Origin: Octopus sinensis
Taxonomy: Eukaryota
NCBI RefSeq assembly: GCF_006345805.1
Contig: NC_042997.1
Coordinates: forward strand, 199,020,001-199,084,000
DNA length: 64,000 nucleotides
Direction: 5' to 3'
The stretch's first letter is position 1. Every line of letters starts with the position of its first letter. The translations under genes and the position numbers were made by a program. Below the pieces are notes generated by a model. That model had not been told where the DNA came from and did no database searches. It saw only the letters and a program-made list of their open reading frames with translations. Below are positions 12,935 to 26,852 of this stretch, piece by piece.

Positions 12935-13330
12935 TCTTTTACTCTTTTACTTGTTTCAGTCATTTGACTGCGGCCATGCTGGAGCACCGCCTTTAGTTGA
13001 GCAAATCGACGCTGGGACTTATTCTTTGTAAGCCCAGTACTTATTCTATCGGTCTCTTTTGCCGAACCGCTAAGTGACAGGGACGTGAACACACCAGCAT
13101 CGGTTGTCAAGCAATGCTAGGGGGACAAACACAGACACACAAACACACACACATATATATACATATACGACAGGCTTCTTTCAGTTTCCGTCTACCAAAT
13201 CCACTCACAAGGCATTGGTCGGCCCAGGGCTATAGCAGAAGACACTTGCCCAAGATGCCACACAGTGGGACTGAACCTGGAACCATGTGGTTGGTTAGCA
13301 AGCTACTTACCACACAGCCACTCCTGCACC
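12935..13330 (-). mobile_element. SINE S1
   Basis: Matches S1. Confidence 0.9.
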
Positions 13331-13394
13331 TCTTATGAGGCATTCCTTTTTAAAATGGTTCATCTGAAGCTTCAGGCTGGGAAGCAGCATTAAA

Positions 13395-13510
13395 ACTTGA
13401 ACCAACAGACTTAAGTCATATTCTGAACGCCTTACTTCCCTGGCCATGGATACATTGAAACTCCGATGTCTGGCAGCTGACTTGGCAGACACCCATAAAA
13501 TTATTAACCA
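13395..13510 (+). mobile_element. CR1-type LINE fragment
   Basis: Matches 13770-13880 (tattctgaacg.cttacttccctgg.catggatacattgaaactccga). Confidence 0.8.
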
Positions 13511-13705
13511 TCCAAAAGGACGAAAGGCAAAGTTGACTTCAGCAGAATTTGAACTTAGAATGTAGTGGCAGAAAAATTACTGCTATGCATTTCACCGACC
13601 GTGCTAATGATTCTGTCAGCTCAGCTTCTTATAGAAGGTAGTAATTAATAATAACACAAAAATAGATATAACTGTAACTTGTAATGACTAATTAATTAAA
13701 CCCCT

Positions 13706-14255
13706 ATCTTGCCCAGGATATTAATCGTCTGGAAGCCGTTCAGCGACTTGCAACCAAGAGAATATCCTCCATCAGGCATTTGCCATATTCTGAACGTCTT
13801 ACTTCCCTGGGCATGGATACATTGAAACTCCGACCTCTGGCAGCTGACTTAGCAGACACCCATAAAACTATTAACCATCTTACAAACAATAACTCTGAGC
13901 ACCTTTTCAAATTCCACCTGTCTAACACCTGTGGACATGTTCACAAAGTCAGAAAACCGCATAGCTCCCATGACTTTCGGAAACATTTTTTCAAGCTAAG
14001 AGTTGCTGAAGTATGGAACAAACTGCTGGCATCAGTTGTTAGTTGTTGGAGCACCGCATCCTTCAAAACTTCCATGCTTCCTGACAGATTTGCCAACACT
14101 ACACCTGATTTTCTCCCCTCCATACACACACAAGCATGTATCTGACTCATACACTGTTCACTTCCCAGACATTTGTACATTACTGCATATACTTTATACA
14201 CAATTTTGACAAGTTGTGGTGCACCTGAGCACTGTATACAGTAATTTCATTATTA
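13706..14255 (+). mobile_element. CR1-type LINE 3' end (ORF2 C-terminus and 3' UTR)
   Basis: Translates LEAVQRLATK...LPYSERLTSLG...GHVHKVRK...RKHFFKLRVAEVWNKL...SFK, the characteristic CR1 ORF2 tail. Confidence 0.9.
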
Positions 14256-14257
14256 TT

Positions 14258-14695
14258 GGTGGCACATAAAAAGCACCATCCGAATCGTAGCCGAAGCCAG
14301 TGCCGCCTCGACTGGCTTCCATAAAATGCACCATCCGAATTGTGGCCGATGCCAGCGCCACCTCAACTGGCTTCCATGTCAGTGGCACGTAAAAAGCACC
14401 ATCCGAATCGTAGCCGAAGCCAGTGCCGCCTCGACTGGCTTCCATAAAATGCACCAATCCGACCGTGGCCGATGCCAGCCTCGCCTGGCACCAGTGCAGG
14501 TGGCACGTAAAAAGCACCCACTACACTCACGGAGTGGTTGGCATTAGGAAGGGCATCCAGCTGTAGAAACGTTGCCAGATAAGACCGGAGCCTGGTGCAG
14601 CCTTCTGGCTTCCCAGATCCCTGGTCGAACCGTCCAACCCATGCTAGCATGGAGAACGGACGTTAAACGATGATGATGATGATGATTATTATAAG
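14258..14695 (+). mobile_element. S3
   Basis: Matches S3, internal unit duplicated. Confidence 0.85.
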
Positions 14696-15729
14696 TCATG
14701 AAAATAAACTCTGTTACAGTTGTTTTCATTCTTTATAAAAAGAAAGAAAATCTTGGAACTTGATTGTATACTCCAGTGAACCTAGAAGTAGGAATCAGTG
14801 TCTTGGTAAGTTGCACAGTATTGGCAATCAGAATATTTAAGCTGATTATAATGTTTGTTAGTTACCTGAATTCATTTTACATAATATTGATGAAAATAAA
14901 GACAATAAGAATGGTATTAGTGATATTTGATAGAAACGTGTTTGAAATAAAGTTTACCTTTCATTATGAAGTCTGTTTTCCTTTTAACGACAATGATAAA
15001 TTACAACTTTGACTTTCGCCTTGATGAGAAGATTCTGCTAGTTTCTGAGCAACTCTGGCCAAGTTCCAGCTTTTGCTCTTGCCAAATATGTAGTTTCATC
15101 TCTCTTCTTATGCATCTAATATTATTCTGTCTGACATTATTGCTGTCTGAATATGCTGTTGGTATCAAATTGGCTATGGTGCTACCACTTTTCAAATGAT
15201 GAAAAAAAAAAAAAAGAAAAAAAACCATGTCTTGCTTGTATCTTTTTTAACTATACACTTATTTATACACTCTTTAAGAAAAATTAATTACTTTTTCAGC
15301 AGTATTAATTTAGTTAAATAGATTGTTAATTAGCTGCAAGGTGAAGAGCTGTTAATTTGTAAGATATATCACAGTACTTGAAGTGAGAAATAATGTTGCT
15401 GCTTTAACTAGGAATACATCAAAGAAAGATGTCATCATTTAGCATCTGTGTTCCATGCTGGTATGGGTTGATGGGTAGGTTTGTGAGAGCCTGAAAGGAG
15501 AGAGAGCGGAGATGGTTAGAGATGGGGTTAGAGGTGAATGTAGGCGGAACTGTGATGAATGATGAATCTCAGTTTGGGTGGGGATGTAAAGGAAAATAAT
15601 TGTGTATCAGGGAAGAAGAGGTGATATGTGGTATTTCATAAAGGGTGGTGGTGGTGGAGAGCAACAGTATAATAAAACAGTAGAATGATAAGAAATAACA
15701 GACACATCACCAATTACAATTACAAGGGT

Positions 15730-16275
15730 CCCAGTTGATTCAGTCGACAGAACAGCCAACTTATGAACTTAACATGCTAGTGGCTGAGTATTCCACAGAC
15801 ACATATACCCTTAACATAGTTCTCAGGAAGATTCAGCATGACACAGAATGTGACAAGGCTGGCCCTTTGAAATACAGGTGCTAATCATTTTTGCAGGCTG
15901 AGTAGACTGGAGCAATGTGAAATAAAGTGTTTTGCTTGAGCTGCTAAACTGGCACTCCATCAGTTATGATGACAAGAGTTCCAGTTGATTTGATCAACAG
16001 ATCAGCCTACTTGTGAAATCAATTTGCAAGTGGCTGAGTATTCCACAGACACGCATACCTTTAACACAGTTCTCAGGGAGATTCAGCATGACACAGACTG
16101 CAATAAAGGCAGCTTTTTGAAACAGAGGGACTACTTAGTTTAGCCAGCTGAGTGGACTGGAGCAATGAGAACTGAAGTATGTTGCTCAAGAACACAATCC
16201 ACTATCAGGAATTGAACTCTGACCTTATGATTGTGAGCTGAATAACCAACGACCATGCCATGTGCCTTCACATTT
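15730..16275 (-). mobile_element. SINE S5 (tandem pair)
   Basis: Matches S5. Confidence 0.8.
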
Positions 16276-16281
16276 ATCTCT

Positions 16282-16510
16282 ATCTTTATTACCCACAAGG
16301 GGCTAAACATAGAGAAGACAAACAAGGACAGACAAACGGATTAAGTCGATTACATCGACCCCAGTGTGTAACTGGTACTTAATTTATTGACCCCAAAAGG
16401 ATGAAAGGCAAAGTCGACCTCGGCGGAATTTAAACTCGGAACGTAGCAGCAGACGAAATATTGCTAAGCATTTTGGCTGGTGTGCTAATGTTTCTGCCAG
16501 CTCGCCGCCC
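16282..16510 (-). mobile_element. SINE S2
   Basis: Matches S2. Confidence 0.85.
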
Positions 16511-17029
16511 TATGCCTTCACATTTTATCTGCTACAATAGCAGATAAATCACCTCAAAATTTCACTCTGTGATCTGAAAACATGAAGGGTACGTTGTAAT
16601 ATACATTGCCCGAAAAAAAAAAAACAGGTGGTGTAGTTGTAGATGGAAGCCATTAACCAAAGTTTAGTATGATCAGGGCTGACTTGAAGTAACTTCTGTG
16701 TACGAGAAATTCGTTTCCATTGCAATTTAGTTCCATTTGCTTTTAGTTTGATTAATATGAAGAGATTCTATAATGTCCCAACACTAAATGGATTAGGCAA
16801 GTGTTTCTCGTGATTGTGATGGTGGGGGACTGTGATGGTTGAAAAAAGGTGGTGGAGAAATAGCCATGTTTAATAAAATTAACCCTGCTATGCTGTATTC
16901 CCATTATAGTGGGGAAAGGCTAAAGCTCATCTCTGCCAGATTCCCAGTAAAGCAGTAATGCACAACACTCAAAAGAAAAAAAGATGCAGTTGATTCTGTC
17001 CATTAGTTTACCTGCAATCATTACTCTTG

Positions 17030-17330
17030 AGCAGTGTATTGAGCGAAAACACCTAAAGCTCCACAAGGCTCCGGCAGGGGGTGGTGGCGACCCCTGTTGT
17101 ACTCTTTCACTCCCACTTTCTCTCACTCTTTCTTCCTGATTCTTGTCCCCGACTTCCTATGCAACCGCTGAGCCTGGATGTGCACTCATCCATCTGTTGA
17201 TGCTCTCGGTGTCGAGGGTTAACCTGCTTTCTCTTCTGCGGGTCTTACGAATAGCAAAAGACCACGTTTCGGACTTCTCCCACTACAGGACGAAAACCAC
17301 TTCACTCAACAAACAAACAAACAAACAAAG
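17030..17330 (+). mobile_element. SINE S4, 5'-truncated, different tail
   Basis: Matches the S4 body. Confidence 0.75.
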
Positions 17331-17600
17331 CAGTGTTTGCAACTATTAATTTTCAGTATCAACATCGGTATCCACAGACAATTCTTTTCTACTCTAGGCA
17401 CAAGGCTCGAAATTTTGGAGGAGAGGGCCAGTCAATTAGATTGACCCAAGTACAAAACTGGTACTTAATTTATCAACCCCAAAAGGATTGCCACTGTTTC
17501 ACTATCAAATTCTTCACAGAAGATAATCATGAAATATTTTGTTCTTGGATTTGGTTTGCAAGATTCTTTATATGAGTTCGTGTGTTGAAGCATATTCTGC

Positions 17601-17937
17601 TGTCTGGGGAGAGACATTTTCTTTTTGTGCCTTATAATTTAACACACTCACCGGTAAAATTTCCACTTATTTCTTATTTTTATTTTCCTAAAATTTTTGT
17701 TGCATCTTGCAACCTTTATTTTTTTTCTTTGCAACCTTTTCAATAGTCTTGACTCTGTCCATTATTTACACTGCGTTCCTGGAATGCAGTGTAAATAACG
17801 GACAGAATCAAGACTATTGAAAAGGTTGCAAGATGCAACAAAAATTTTAGGAAAATAAAAATAAGAAATAAGTGGAATTTTTACTGGTGAGTGTGTTAAA
17901 TTATAAGGCACAAAAAGAAAATTATTCTCCCCAGACA
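17601..17937. repeat. Foldback or MITE-like palindrome
   Basis: Arms 17601-17779 and 17781-17937 centred on t17780; left arm carries an extra 22-bp or so duplication. Confidence 0.9.
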
Positions 17938-18159
17938 CAACACAATCATAAAATAAATCAATCATATTCCAATGAACATAAAGATGGATAAAATACTGCT
18001 AAGCTTTTTGCCTGGCACCCTAAACACTGTCAACTTGCCATCTTATCCAGTTAAGTAATATAACAAATACTTTCAACAAAAATGAATTTTGAAGAAGCAT
18101 TGCTGTCCATACATATTAAAGAAAATATAACTGCAACAGCCTCACCAAGAAAGCTTTAC

Positions 18160-18505
18160 ATCATCATCATCATCATCGTTTAACGTCCGCTTTCCATGCT
18201 AGCATGGGTTGGACGATTTGACTGAGGTGTGGCATGAGGGCCAGTCAGGCAGTACTGGCAATAGCCACACTCAAATGGTGCTTTTTATGTACCACCTGTA
18301 CAGGAGCCAGTTCAGTGGCACTGACAACAACCTTGCTCAAATGTTTTTTCACGTGCCACCAGCACAAGTGCCAGTTAGGCAACGCAGGTAACGCTCATGC
18401 TCGTATGGCGTTTTTTACATGTCACCGGCACAGAGGCCAGCTTGTTGCTCTTGCAACGATCACACTCATATGGTACTCTTAGTGCTCCACTAGCACAGAT
18501 GCCAG
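18160..18505 (-). mobile_element. S3 variant
   Basis: Matches S3. Confidence 0.75.
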
Positions 18506-19504
18506 TCATTTAAGCTCTCTAAAAAAAGTCTACCCGAATCAAACAAAGCAGAAATATAGTAACGAAAGGGTTAAGAGCTTCTAGACTGTAAAAGTTTATC
18601 GGCTGATTTGAATTTGACACTCATGTCCTTGTTTGTGCAGTTTTACATTTGTTATTGTTTACATAGAAGATGTCAGTGTAAAACTTCTGTGTTATGGTTT
18701 AGGATTATTAAAGACAGAATATAGAATAAATATTTTTCTTGCTTCAGTCTATGATTGTAGCTTTCATCAATCTTTTTATTTCTACTTGAGATGTTATTTT
18801 TTTATTCTTTCTTACAAACTCTTTCAAAACAACGACAACACTTGATTGTGAAAAATGCAAAACACTGTTTGTCTTGTCAAGTTTCATTATCTTAAGTTTT
18901 ACACTGCATATATGCACCAGAACTGCAATAATCTTATGGCAGCAAGTTGAATGTATTTGATGCATTCCTCTACTGTTGCTGCATTTATTAAAAGAAATGT
19001 AAAAAAAGCAAAGAAATTCTTAAAAACTTATAACTTTTCCTTTGAAAAGTACCTTTGAAATGTTCACATTATGAGTGCTGATATATTTAAGTTCACTTAG
19101 TTTCCACTGCTGGCATTACAAAATCAATATTTAAGGTAATAATAAACTTCAAAAATTGATTTCTTTTGTCAAAATGTTAGAGGAATCAAAAGTTTGGCTA
19201 TAAAAATCTATGTAGCCATTGATTAAATAGTTCTTAACCATATAAAAGAAAATACACATTTTTCACAAACATACATGGAATTATATTTACTGAAGTGTTT
19301 ACAAAATACTTTTTATTACTTCTCTTGAAATCAAAGGTCTTTTTTTTTTTATTTCGTAAGTAAATCATTGAAAATTTTTTGGGGATTACATCATAGAATT
19401 ATTCCAGCATGCTATTAGTCTTTACGTAACAGTGCTTTATATTACGAGAGATCTTGAATAAAATACAAGTGCTTTAAAGTAACAGATGACAGTATAAGAA
19501 AGAA

Positions 19505-19891
19505 TGACTGTGTGGTAAGTAGCTTGCTTACCAACCACATGGTTCCAGGTTCAGTCCCACTACGTGGCCCCATGGGCAAGTGTCTTCTACTATAGCCTTG
19601 GGCCAACCAAAGCCTTGTGAGTGGATTTGGTAGACAGAAACTGAAAGAAGCCCATCATATATATGTGTATGTATGTGTATATGTTTGTGTGTCTGTGTTT
19701 GTTCCCCCAACATCGCTTGACAACCGATGCTGGTGTGCTTACGTCCCCATAACTTAGCAGTTCAGCAAAAGAGACTGATTGAATAAGTACTACGCTTACA
19801 AAGAATAAGTCCTGGGGTCGATTTGCTCGACTAAAGGTGGTGCTCCAGCATGGCCACAGTCAAATGACTGAAGCAAGTAAAAGAATAAAAG
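19505..19891 (+). mobile_element. SINE S1
   Basis: Matches S1. Confidence 0.9.
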
Positions 19892-19897
19892 AGTCAT

Positions 19898-20480
19898 CCT
19901 TTCTACTCTAGGCACAAGGCCTGAAATTTGTTGGGAGGGAGGAGGCAGTTGATTAAATTGACCCCAGTAATTAACTGGTATTTGGTTCATCGACCCTGAA
20001 AGGCAAAGTCAACCTTGGCAGAATTTGAACTCAGAATGTAGCAACAGGCGAAATACCTCAAAGCGTTTCACCCAGCATGCTAACGATTCTGCCAGCTCAT
20101 CACTTTAATAATAATAACAACAATAATAATAATGATGCTAATAGTAATAATAATAATAATAATTTCTACTTTTGGTACAAGGCCAGAAATTTTGAGGGTA
20201 AGGGGAAAGTTAATTTCAGTGACTCCAGTACTCAACAGGTACTTTATTTTACTGACCCTGAAAGAACAAAACGTCAAGAGTTGGAAGACATGCTGCAATC
20301 ATAATAATCCTTTCTACTGTAGGTATAAGGCCTGACACTTGGGAGAGGGGGATAGTCAATTACACTGACCCCAGTACTCACCTGGTACTTATTTCGTTGA
20401 CCCCGCCAAAAGAATGAAAAGCAAAGCCCAGCCTTATGCTGCTAAGCATTCTGTCCAGTGTGCTAATGATTCTAACAGCT
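19898..20480 (-). mobile_element. Cluster of SINE S2 copies with a (TAA)n spacer
   Basis: Matches S2. Confidence 0.8.
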
Positions 20481-20486
20481 GGCCAT

Positions 20487-20657
20487 TTTAATAATAATAA
20501 TAATAATAATAATAATAGTAATAATAATAATGATAATAATAGTAATAATAATGATAATAATAGTAATAATAATAATAGTAATAATATAATAATAATAATA
20601 ATATAATAGTAATAGTAATAATAGTAATAATAATAGTAGTAATAATAATAATAATAA
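20487..20657. repeat. (TAA/TAG)n array
   Basis: Directly visible. Confidence 0.98.
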
Positions 20658-21121
20658 AAAGATGGGCTACAGCAAATATTCTGCTCAATACCACAGATTT
20701 GCTTGTCAGTTGTTTGACCTTAACCAGTTGACCATGTCCCTTAGTGGCTGACAATATGTGCATCTCTGATCATGAGCAGAAGTAGTGGGGGTGCATCATA
20801 ACCATGTGTTGAGAGGAATTCTTTGGGGTTTGAATAATTCACCTTTGGAAACATGGATGGTTCATTCAACATCTTTAAACAATCCTTATTCAGGGACCTC
20901 TTGAGCGGAATGGGTTACTCGACCAGAAGAAAATTCTAACTGGGCCCCACCTGCAAGGTCATGTGCTGTTTATCTTGATATGAGATCACTATGTCGCGCA
21001 CATTGGTTGTGATGCTTGTGCCTAGTGTACACTTATCAGACAGGTAGTCATGATGGGTATTTTGGGCTTCATATATTTTACCCCAGTGTCACTTTGATGG
21101 CATGCACTGCTCTCTCACTCA
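20658..21121 (+). mobile_element. Non-coding element of about 460 bp inside a (TAA/TAG)n array
   Basis: Homologous to 48598-49082 in reverse; ends ctctctcactc followed by (AAT)n. Confidence 0.8.
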
Positions 21122-21475
21122 ATAATAATAATAGTAATAATAATAGTAGTAATAGTAATAATAATAGTAATATTAATAACAGTAATATTAATAATAATGA
21201 TAGTAATAATAGTAATATTAATAATAATAATAGTAATAATAGTAGTAATAATTATAGTAATAATAATAGTAGTAGTAGTAGTAATAATAGTAATAGTAGT
21301 AGTAGTAGTAGTAGTAATAATAGTAATAGTAGTAGTAGTAGTAGTAGTAATAATAATAGTAATAATAATAGTAATAATAATAGTAGTAATAATAATAATA
21401 GTAGTAATAATAATAATAATAGTAATAATAATAGTAGTAATAATAATAATAATAGTAATAATAGTAATAATAATT
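21122..21475. repeat. (TAA/TAG)n array
   Basis: Directly visible. Confidence 0.98.
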
Positions 21476-21924
21476 GCTTCTTCACATTAGGTTGAACTAA
21501 AGAATTATACTGCTTTTTAATACGTGATGTTTTCTCGATACTTGTCATGAGATGACAATTATGTATCACTCTCTGTGATCGTATATTGTCTAGAATGTTA
21601 ATATGAAATTACAACCATCATACAGTTGTCTTTTGTGATTGATGTTCTTTGGTTCATAGTTTCTCATTTCTCTGGCCTATATTCTTTAAATCCACTCACT
21701 CTACCCTAGTCTCCTGTGTCATAATACAACACAATCATTAATTCCAATTTAACTGAGTATCTTTTTACTATTTCCAATATATACTTGATTGTAACTAAGT
21801 TGATACTTTCCAGTTCAAAATAAAAAAAACTACGCTGTAAAGGAAAACAAATACATAATAAATTGGTATCATTTTTTTTTTAAACTTGGTATTATTTGTC
21901 CATCCCTATGTAATTGAACTACTA

Positions 21925-22326
21925 GGCGTAGGAGTGGCTGTGTGGTAAGTAGCTTGCTTACGAACCACATGGTTCTGGGTTCAGTCCCACTGCATGGCAC
22001 CTTGGGTAAGTGTCTTCTAATATAGCTCCGGGTCGACCAAAGCCTTGTGAGTGGATATGGTAGACGGAAACTGAAAGAAGCCTGTCGTATATGTGTATAT
22101 ATATATATATATGTGTGTGTGTGTTTGTGTGTCTGTGTTTGTCACACCAACATCGCTTGACAACTGATGCTGGTATGTTTACATCCCTGTAACTTAGTGG
22201 TTCGGCATAAGAGATGAAAAGAATAAGTACTAGGTTTACAAAGAATAAGTCCTGGGGTTTATTTGCTTGACTAAAGGCGGTGCTCCAGCATGGCCACAGT
22301 CAAATGACTGAAACAAGTAAAAGAGT
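21925..22326 (+). mobile_element. SINE S1
   Basis: Matches S1. Confidence 0.9.
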
Positions 22327-23104
22327 ATCTATTCGCAATATCTTTTCACCAATCAATCTAATAATTTTGGCACCGCTTTCTTCTTTTCTTTAAACTGACT
22401 CACATCCCAGATTTACTTGTTTGTACTGAACCAAAGAACTGGATTATCCAGTTAATCTCTTACATTTTGAAAAAGGATTTTGTTCCTGCCTTGCTTTTGA
22501 AACTTTAGTTGAGAAACTCTTTGATGGAGATTAAAAGATTTTGTCACTATTGTTCAGAAAACAGCAAAACCAATCTATTTCTTTCCTTCTAGTGTAGGAG
22601 CTACAAGACTGGATGTTGTATATGAAACCCCGGAACAGCAGTGCTTTTAATATCTTCTGAATTATTATAGTTGTTATTATTTTTTGGTTTTTCCCTCATA
22701 TTATTTTGAAAAACAAAAGCATTAATATTTCTAATATCAGGAGAATATTGATTAGACACAAAAACAATTTCCTTCAATTTACTTGAGAATATTAAAAAAC
22801 TAAAAATCAATGATTTTCTAAAATAGTTTGCAAGAAAACAGTTTATATGGCTTTACAAAATAATTTCAATTAAAATGGAGAATTATTCGAATTTCACTCA
22901 AATGACAAGTAGATAAGATATTGTACGTTCCTTATTTGTGGTTGAAATTCCATAGCTTTTATGAAATATCAACTTCCAAGAATCCATAAAATTATTATAT
23001 TTCTTTCAGATAGCAATGCCTTAAAAATAAAATAAGAAACATTCCTGAAAATATTTAGGATAAGGTTGTCAAACTAATATTATTTCCTTTTGACTAGGGC
23101 AAAA

Positions 23105-23557
23105 GTTAATTTTAATGGAAATTGTAGTTGTTGATACCTGTGCCGGTGACACGTAAAAAGCACTATCCGAACGTGGTCGATGCCACTGCTGCCTTGACTG
23201 GCTTCTGTGCCGGTGGCACGTGACCTCTGTGTTTGGGGAGACCTATTGAGTCAAGTACATTAACATCAAAATAAATATCATATGGAAATTGTAGTTGTGA
23301 TACCTATGCCGGTGGCACGTAAAAAGCACCAACTGATCATGGCCACTGCCATCCCCCCCCTCCCCTGGCACCTGTGCCGATGGCATGTAAAAAGTACCCA
23401 CTACACTCACAGTGGTTAGCATTAGGAAGGGCATCCAGCTGTAGAAACACTGCCAGATCAGACTGGAGCCTGGTGCAGCCTCCTGGCTTCCCAGACCCCG
23501 GTCAAACCATCCAACCCATGCTAGCACAGAAAGCAGACGTTAAACAATGATGATGTA
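23105..23557 (+). mobile_element. S3 with duplicated 5' part
   Basis: Matches S3. Confidence 0.85.
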
Positions 23558-24708
23558 GTCAGGTAGGTATATAAATGAATTAAGCCCTTATGATTGCAAA
23601 AGTGATTCTTGATTGCTGAATGGTTTGGTCCACAATAGAGGAACTACAGCTCAGAAGGAAGAAGGTACAAACTATTTAGCAGACAGGATGAGGAAGCATT
23701 TAGTATGGAACTCTATTACTTTTGCTAACTTCACTGCCCCTTTCTGGATAAACAAAGATGAGGATTTGCTGATTAAAGCATATACCTGGAATAAGATTTC
23801 AGAAAATGAGTCAGCAGGTGCTTTCAGGGGTGGGGATTAACGATGAATTCCTAACATTCTCATTTTTTGAATTCCTTTATCAAAAGTCTTCACTTCTTTT
23901 TTTTTTCCTCTTAACAAAAAGGAAACCTGATAAAACATTTACAAAAGCTAAGCAATGTAATCATAGCATAACATTTGAATTTCCAGTTAACAATCTAATG
24001 AAATATTAACAGTGGTGTAATTATATGCAAGGGAAGACAGCTGTTATGGCTGAAAATCTATTCTTTGTGTAAGAAAATGCTAAAAAATACAAAACATTTT
24101 GTCCTTTTTTTTTTTCTTCTTCCGCAAAAACATTTTCTTGACTTCACGTTTATGTTTTATCAATGTTTTAGATGTATTTTATTTTGGCTCTTTACATAGT
24201 CCTGAAGCTTGAGATTTTAGAAAAGAGAAAACGGGAACATAGATTATGAAGGGATGTTGAAAAAAAAAAAGAATGAATACTATACATAAAAATTAATGGT
24301 TCCAGTTGCCATTAGCAACTTGGTTTACCAAGATCTTTCTGTTGCTGTTAACACTAAAATCTAAGCTTATAAATCTACCAACAGTTATATGGCCAGCCTT
24401 GCTCAGGTTTATTACTACCTACAATCTCTACACACATGAATTCACTATATTCTATCTTGCATCTTTTATCTTTTGCCAATTTCAGTCTTTCGACTGTGGC
24501 CATGCTGGGGCACCACCTTAAGGAATTTTTAGTCAAATGAATTGACCCCACTATTTACATTTTTTTTAAAGCCTGGTATTTGTATAGGTTATCTCCAAGC
24601 CCAAAGGTTGCTTGAAGATACAAGACATTCTATCATAACTTGCTTATACCTTGCCTAGATTTCATCTACGATACATGAAACTATTAGTAACTCATAAGTG
24701 TACACTTT

Positions 24709-24747
<39 letters not shown>

Positions 24748-25077
24748 CACATGCACTCACACATATACACACACATACATACCTTAAAATATGTTGCATA
24801 AAGACACTCTGAAAGATGCATACAGTAATCATTTGCCAAATATAGGCAGATAAACAAATTTTAACTTCAGATTAATCCTTAGATTATAATGCAATGAAAG
24901 TTAACAACAATTATAAAAACTAGAGCAGAGATTTTGCTGTTGCAGTTGTTGTTTTCGTTTTTCATTTTGTAACATTGCATATTTTTAAAGAACGGATCGG
25001 ATGAATAAATTCCAGAACTATATTTACTCAAGTGGATAACTTAGCAAAAATGATTAAAAAAAATAAAGAGAAATAAA

Positions 25078-25507
25078 GGCGCAGGAGTGGCTGGTAAGTA
25101 GCTTGCTGACCAACCACATGGTTCCGGGTTCAGTCCCACTGCGTGGCATCTTGGGCAAGTGTCTTCTGCTATAGCCCCGGGCCGACCAATGCCTTGTGAG
25201 AGGATTTGGTAGACGGAAACTGAAAGAAGCCTGTCGTATATATGTATGTGTGTATATATATATATATATATATGTATATATGTGTGTATGTGTTTGTCCC
25301 CCTAGCATTGCTTGACAACTGATGCTGGAGCGTTTACGTCCCCGTCACTTAGCGGTTCAGCAAAAAGAGACCGATAGAATAAGTACTGGGCTTACAAAAA
25401 AAGAATAAGTCCTGGGGTCGAGTTGCTCGATTAAAAAGACGGTGCTCCAGCATGGCCGCAGTCAAATGACTGAAACAAGTAAAAGAGTAAAAGAGAGTAA
25501 AAGAGAG
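25078..25507 (+). mobile_element. SINE S1
   Basis: Matches S1. Confidence 0.9.
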
Positions 25508-26274
25508 AAAGTTGTAAAAAGAAAATATTTACAGAGAAATAAATACATTGTAGTAGAAGTAGAAGCAGTTATAATACTGTTAGTCTTACAGTTTCTGTTT
25601 GTCCATTTATTTAATCATGGATGAACTTCAGTTCTTCTTCTCTGGCAAAATGCATATTTCAGTAAAATGTACTTACTGTAATGAGTTTGTGCATCTGTAA
25701 AAAGCAACATAAGTAACTATGCTTGTATGTACGTATTGAAATGTTGGAACAACAACAATATTGAATAAAAGAACAAGATAATATTCATTTTGTAATATAA
25801 GAAAATCCAGGAGGGCATGAAAAGTGGTTTTCACATTTCATGAGAGATTGTGCCATAGTTGTGCACATACATGTAATGTTTAGATTTATACACAACATAG
25901 AGGAAAATCAGAACTGAAATAAATATTACAAAGCTTTGCTGTGGATTAATTAAGAAAGTAAATGTGTTCTTTCTATGTTGTTGATGTGCAGGAAAATAGG
26001 AGTTTCATGATGAACAATGTCACTCACTTTCTTCCTCGATAAAGAGCATTGATGAACTGTTATATGTAACAGTCAAAAATTAGACTAGCACCATGATGGA
26101 TAGCCTAATTTGCATATTTCTGCATTTGACTGATTATCATTAGTTAATGAATATTTATGCATAACATAGTGTAAAACAGAAGAAATTAAATATATTTATA
26201 TATAATATTTATTTACATTTACAATATATATAATTCACAAGAAAAAAATAATTTACGTAAAAATAATTTGCGAA

Positions 26275-26703
26275 GATATCATTGACTCCGTAAATCGTTT
26301 CTATTCTAGACACAAGGCCCAAAATTTGGGGGGAGGAGGACAGTCGATTAGATTGACCCCAGTACGCAACTGGTGCTTAATTTATTGACCCCGAAAGGAT
26401 GAAAGGCAAAGTCAACAGATATCATTGACTCTGTTAATTGTTTCTACTCTAGGCACAAGGCCCAAAATTTGGGGGGAGGGGGACAGTCGATTAGATTGAC
26501 CCCAGTACGCAACTGGTGCTTTATTTATTGACCCCGAAAGGATGAATGGCAAAGTCAACAGATATCATTGACTCTGTTAATCGTTTCTACTCTAGGCACA
26601 AGGCCCAAAATTTGGGGGGAGGAGGACAGTTGATTAGATTGACCCCAGTACGCAACTGGTGCTTAATTTATTGACCCCGAAAGGATGAAAGGCAAAGTCA
26701 ACC
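26275..26703. repeat. 143-bp tandem triplication
   Basis: gatatcattgactc recurs at 26275, 26418 and 26561. Confidence 0.95.
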
Positions 26704-26790
26704 TTGGCGGAATTTGAACTCAGAACGTAAAGAGAGACAAAATACCGCTACACATTTCGCTCAGCGTGCTAACGTTTCTACCAACTCAAG
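26300..26790 (-). mobile_element. SINE S2 with triplicated tail
   Basis: Matches S2. Confidence 0.85.
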
Positions 26791-26852
26791 CGATTGCAGC
26801 CCCCCACCCAAAAAAAAAACATTAAATAGCTGAAGGATTAAAATTAATCAAA

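Noticed and set aside
17255-17295. Minus-strand GAAACGUGGUC in the S4 tail
   Set aside because: The upstream core reads CUGUAGU rather than CUGANGA and stem I is unconvincing.
18568-18577. piggyBac-type end (gaaagggttaa)
   Set aside because: Only one terminus is present.
20488-21569. Poly-N, -I, -L and -Y ORFs (also near 4.5, 38.6, 48.1 and 63.6 kb)
   Set aside because: Trinucleotide or tetranucleotide repeat artefacts.
22330-24010. Protein-like short ORFs (22601, 23613; also 5330 and 15001)
   Set aside because: No recognisable family, inconsistent strands and weak splice signals; within chance for this length.
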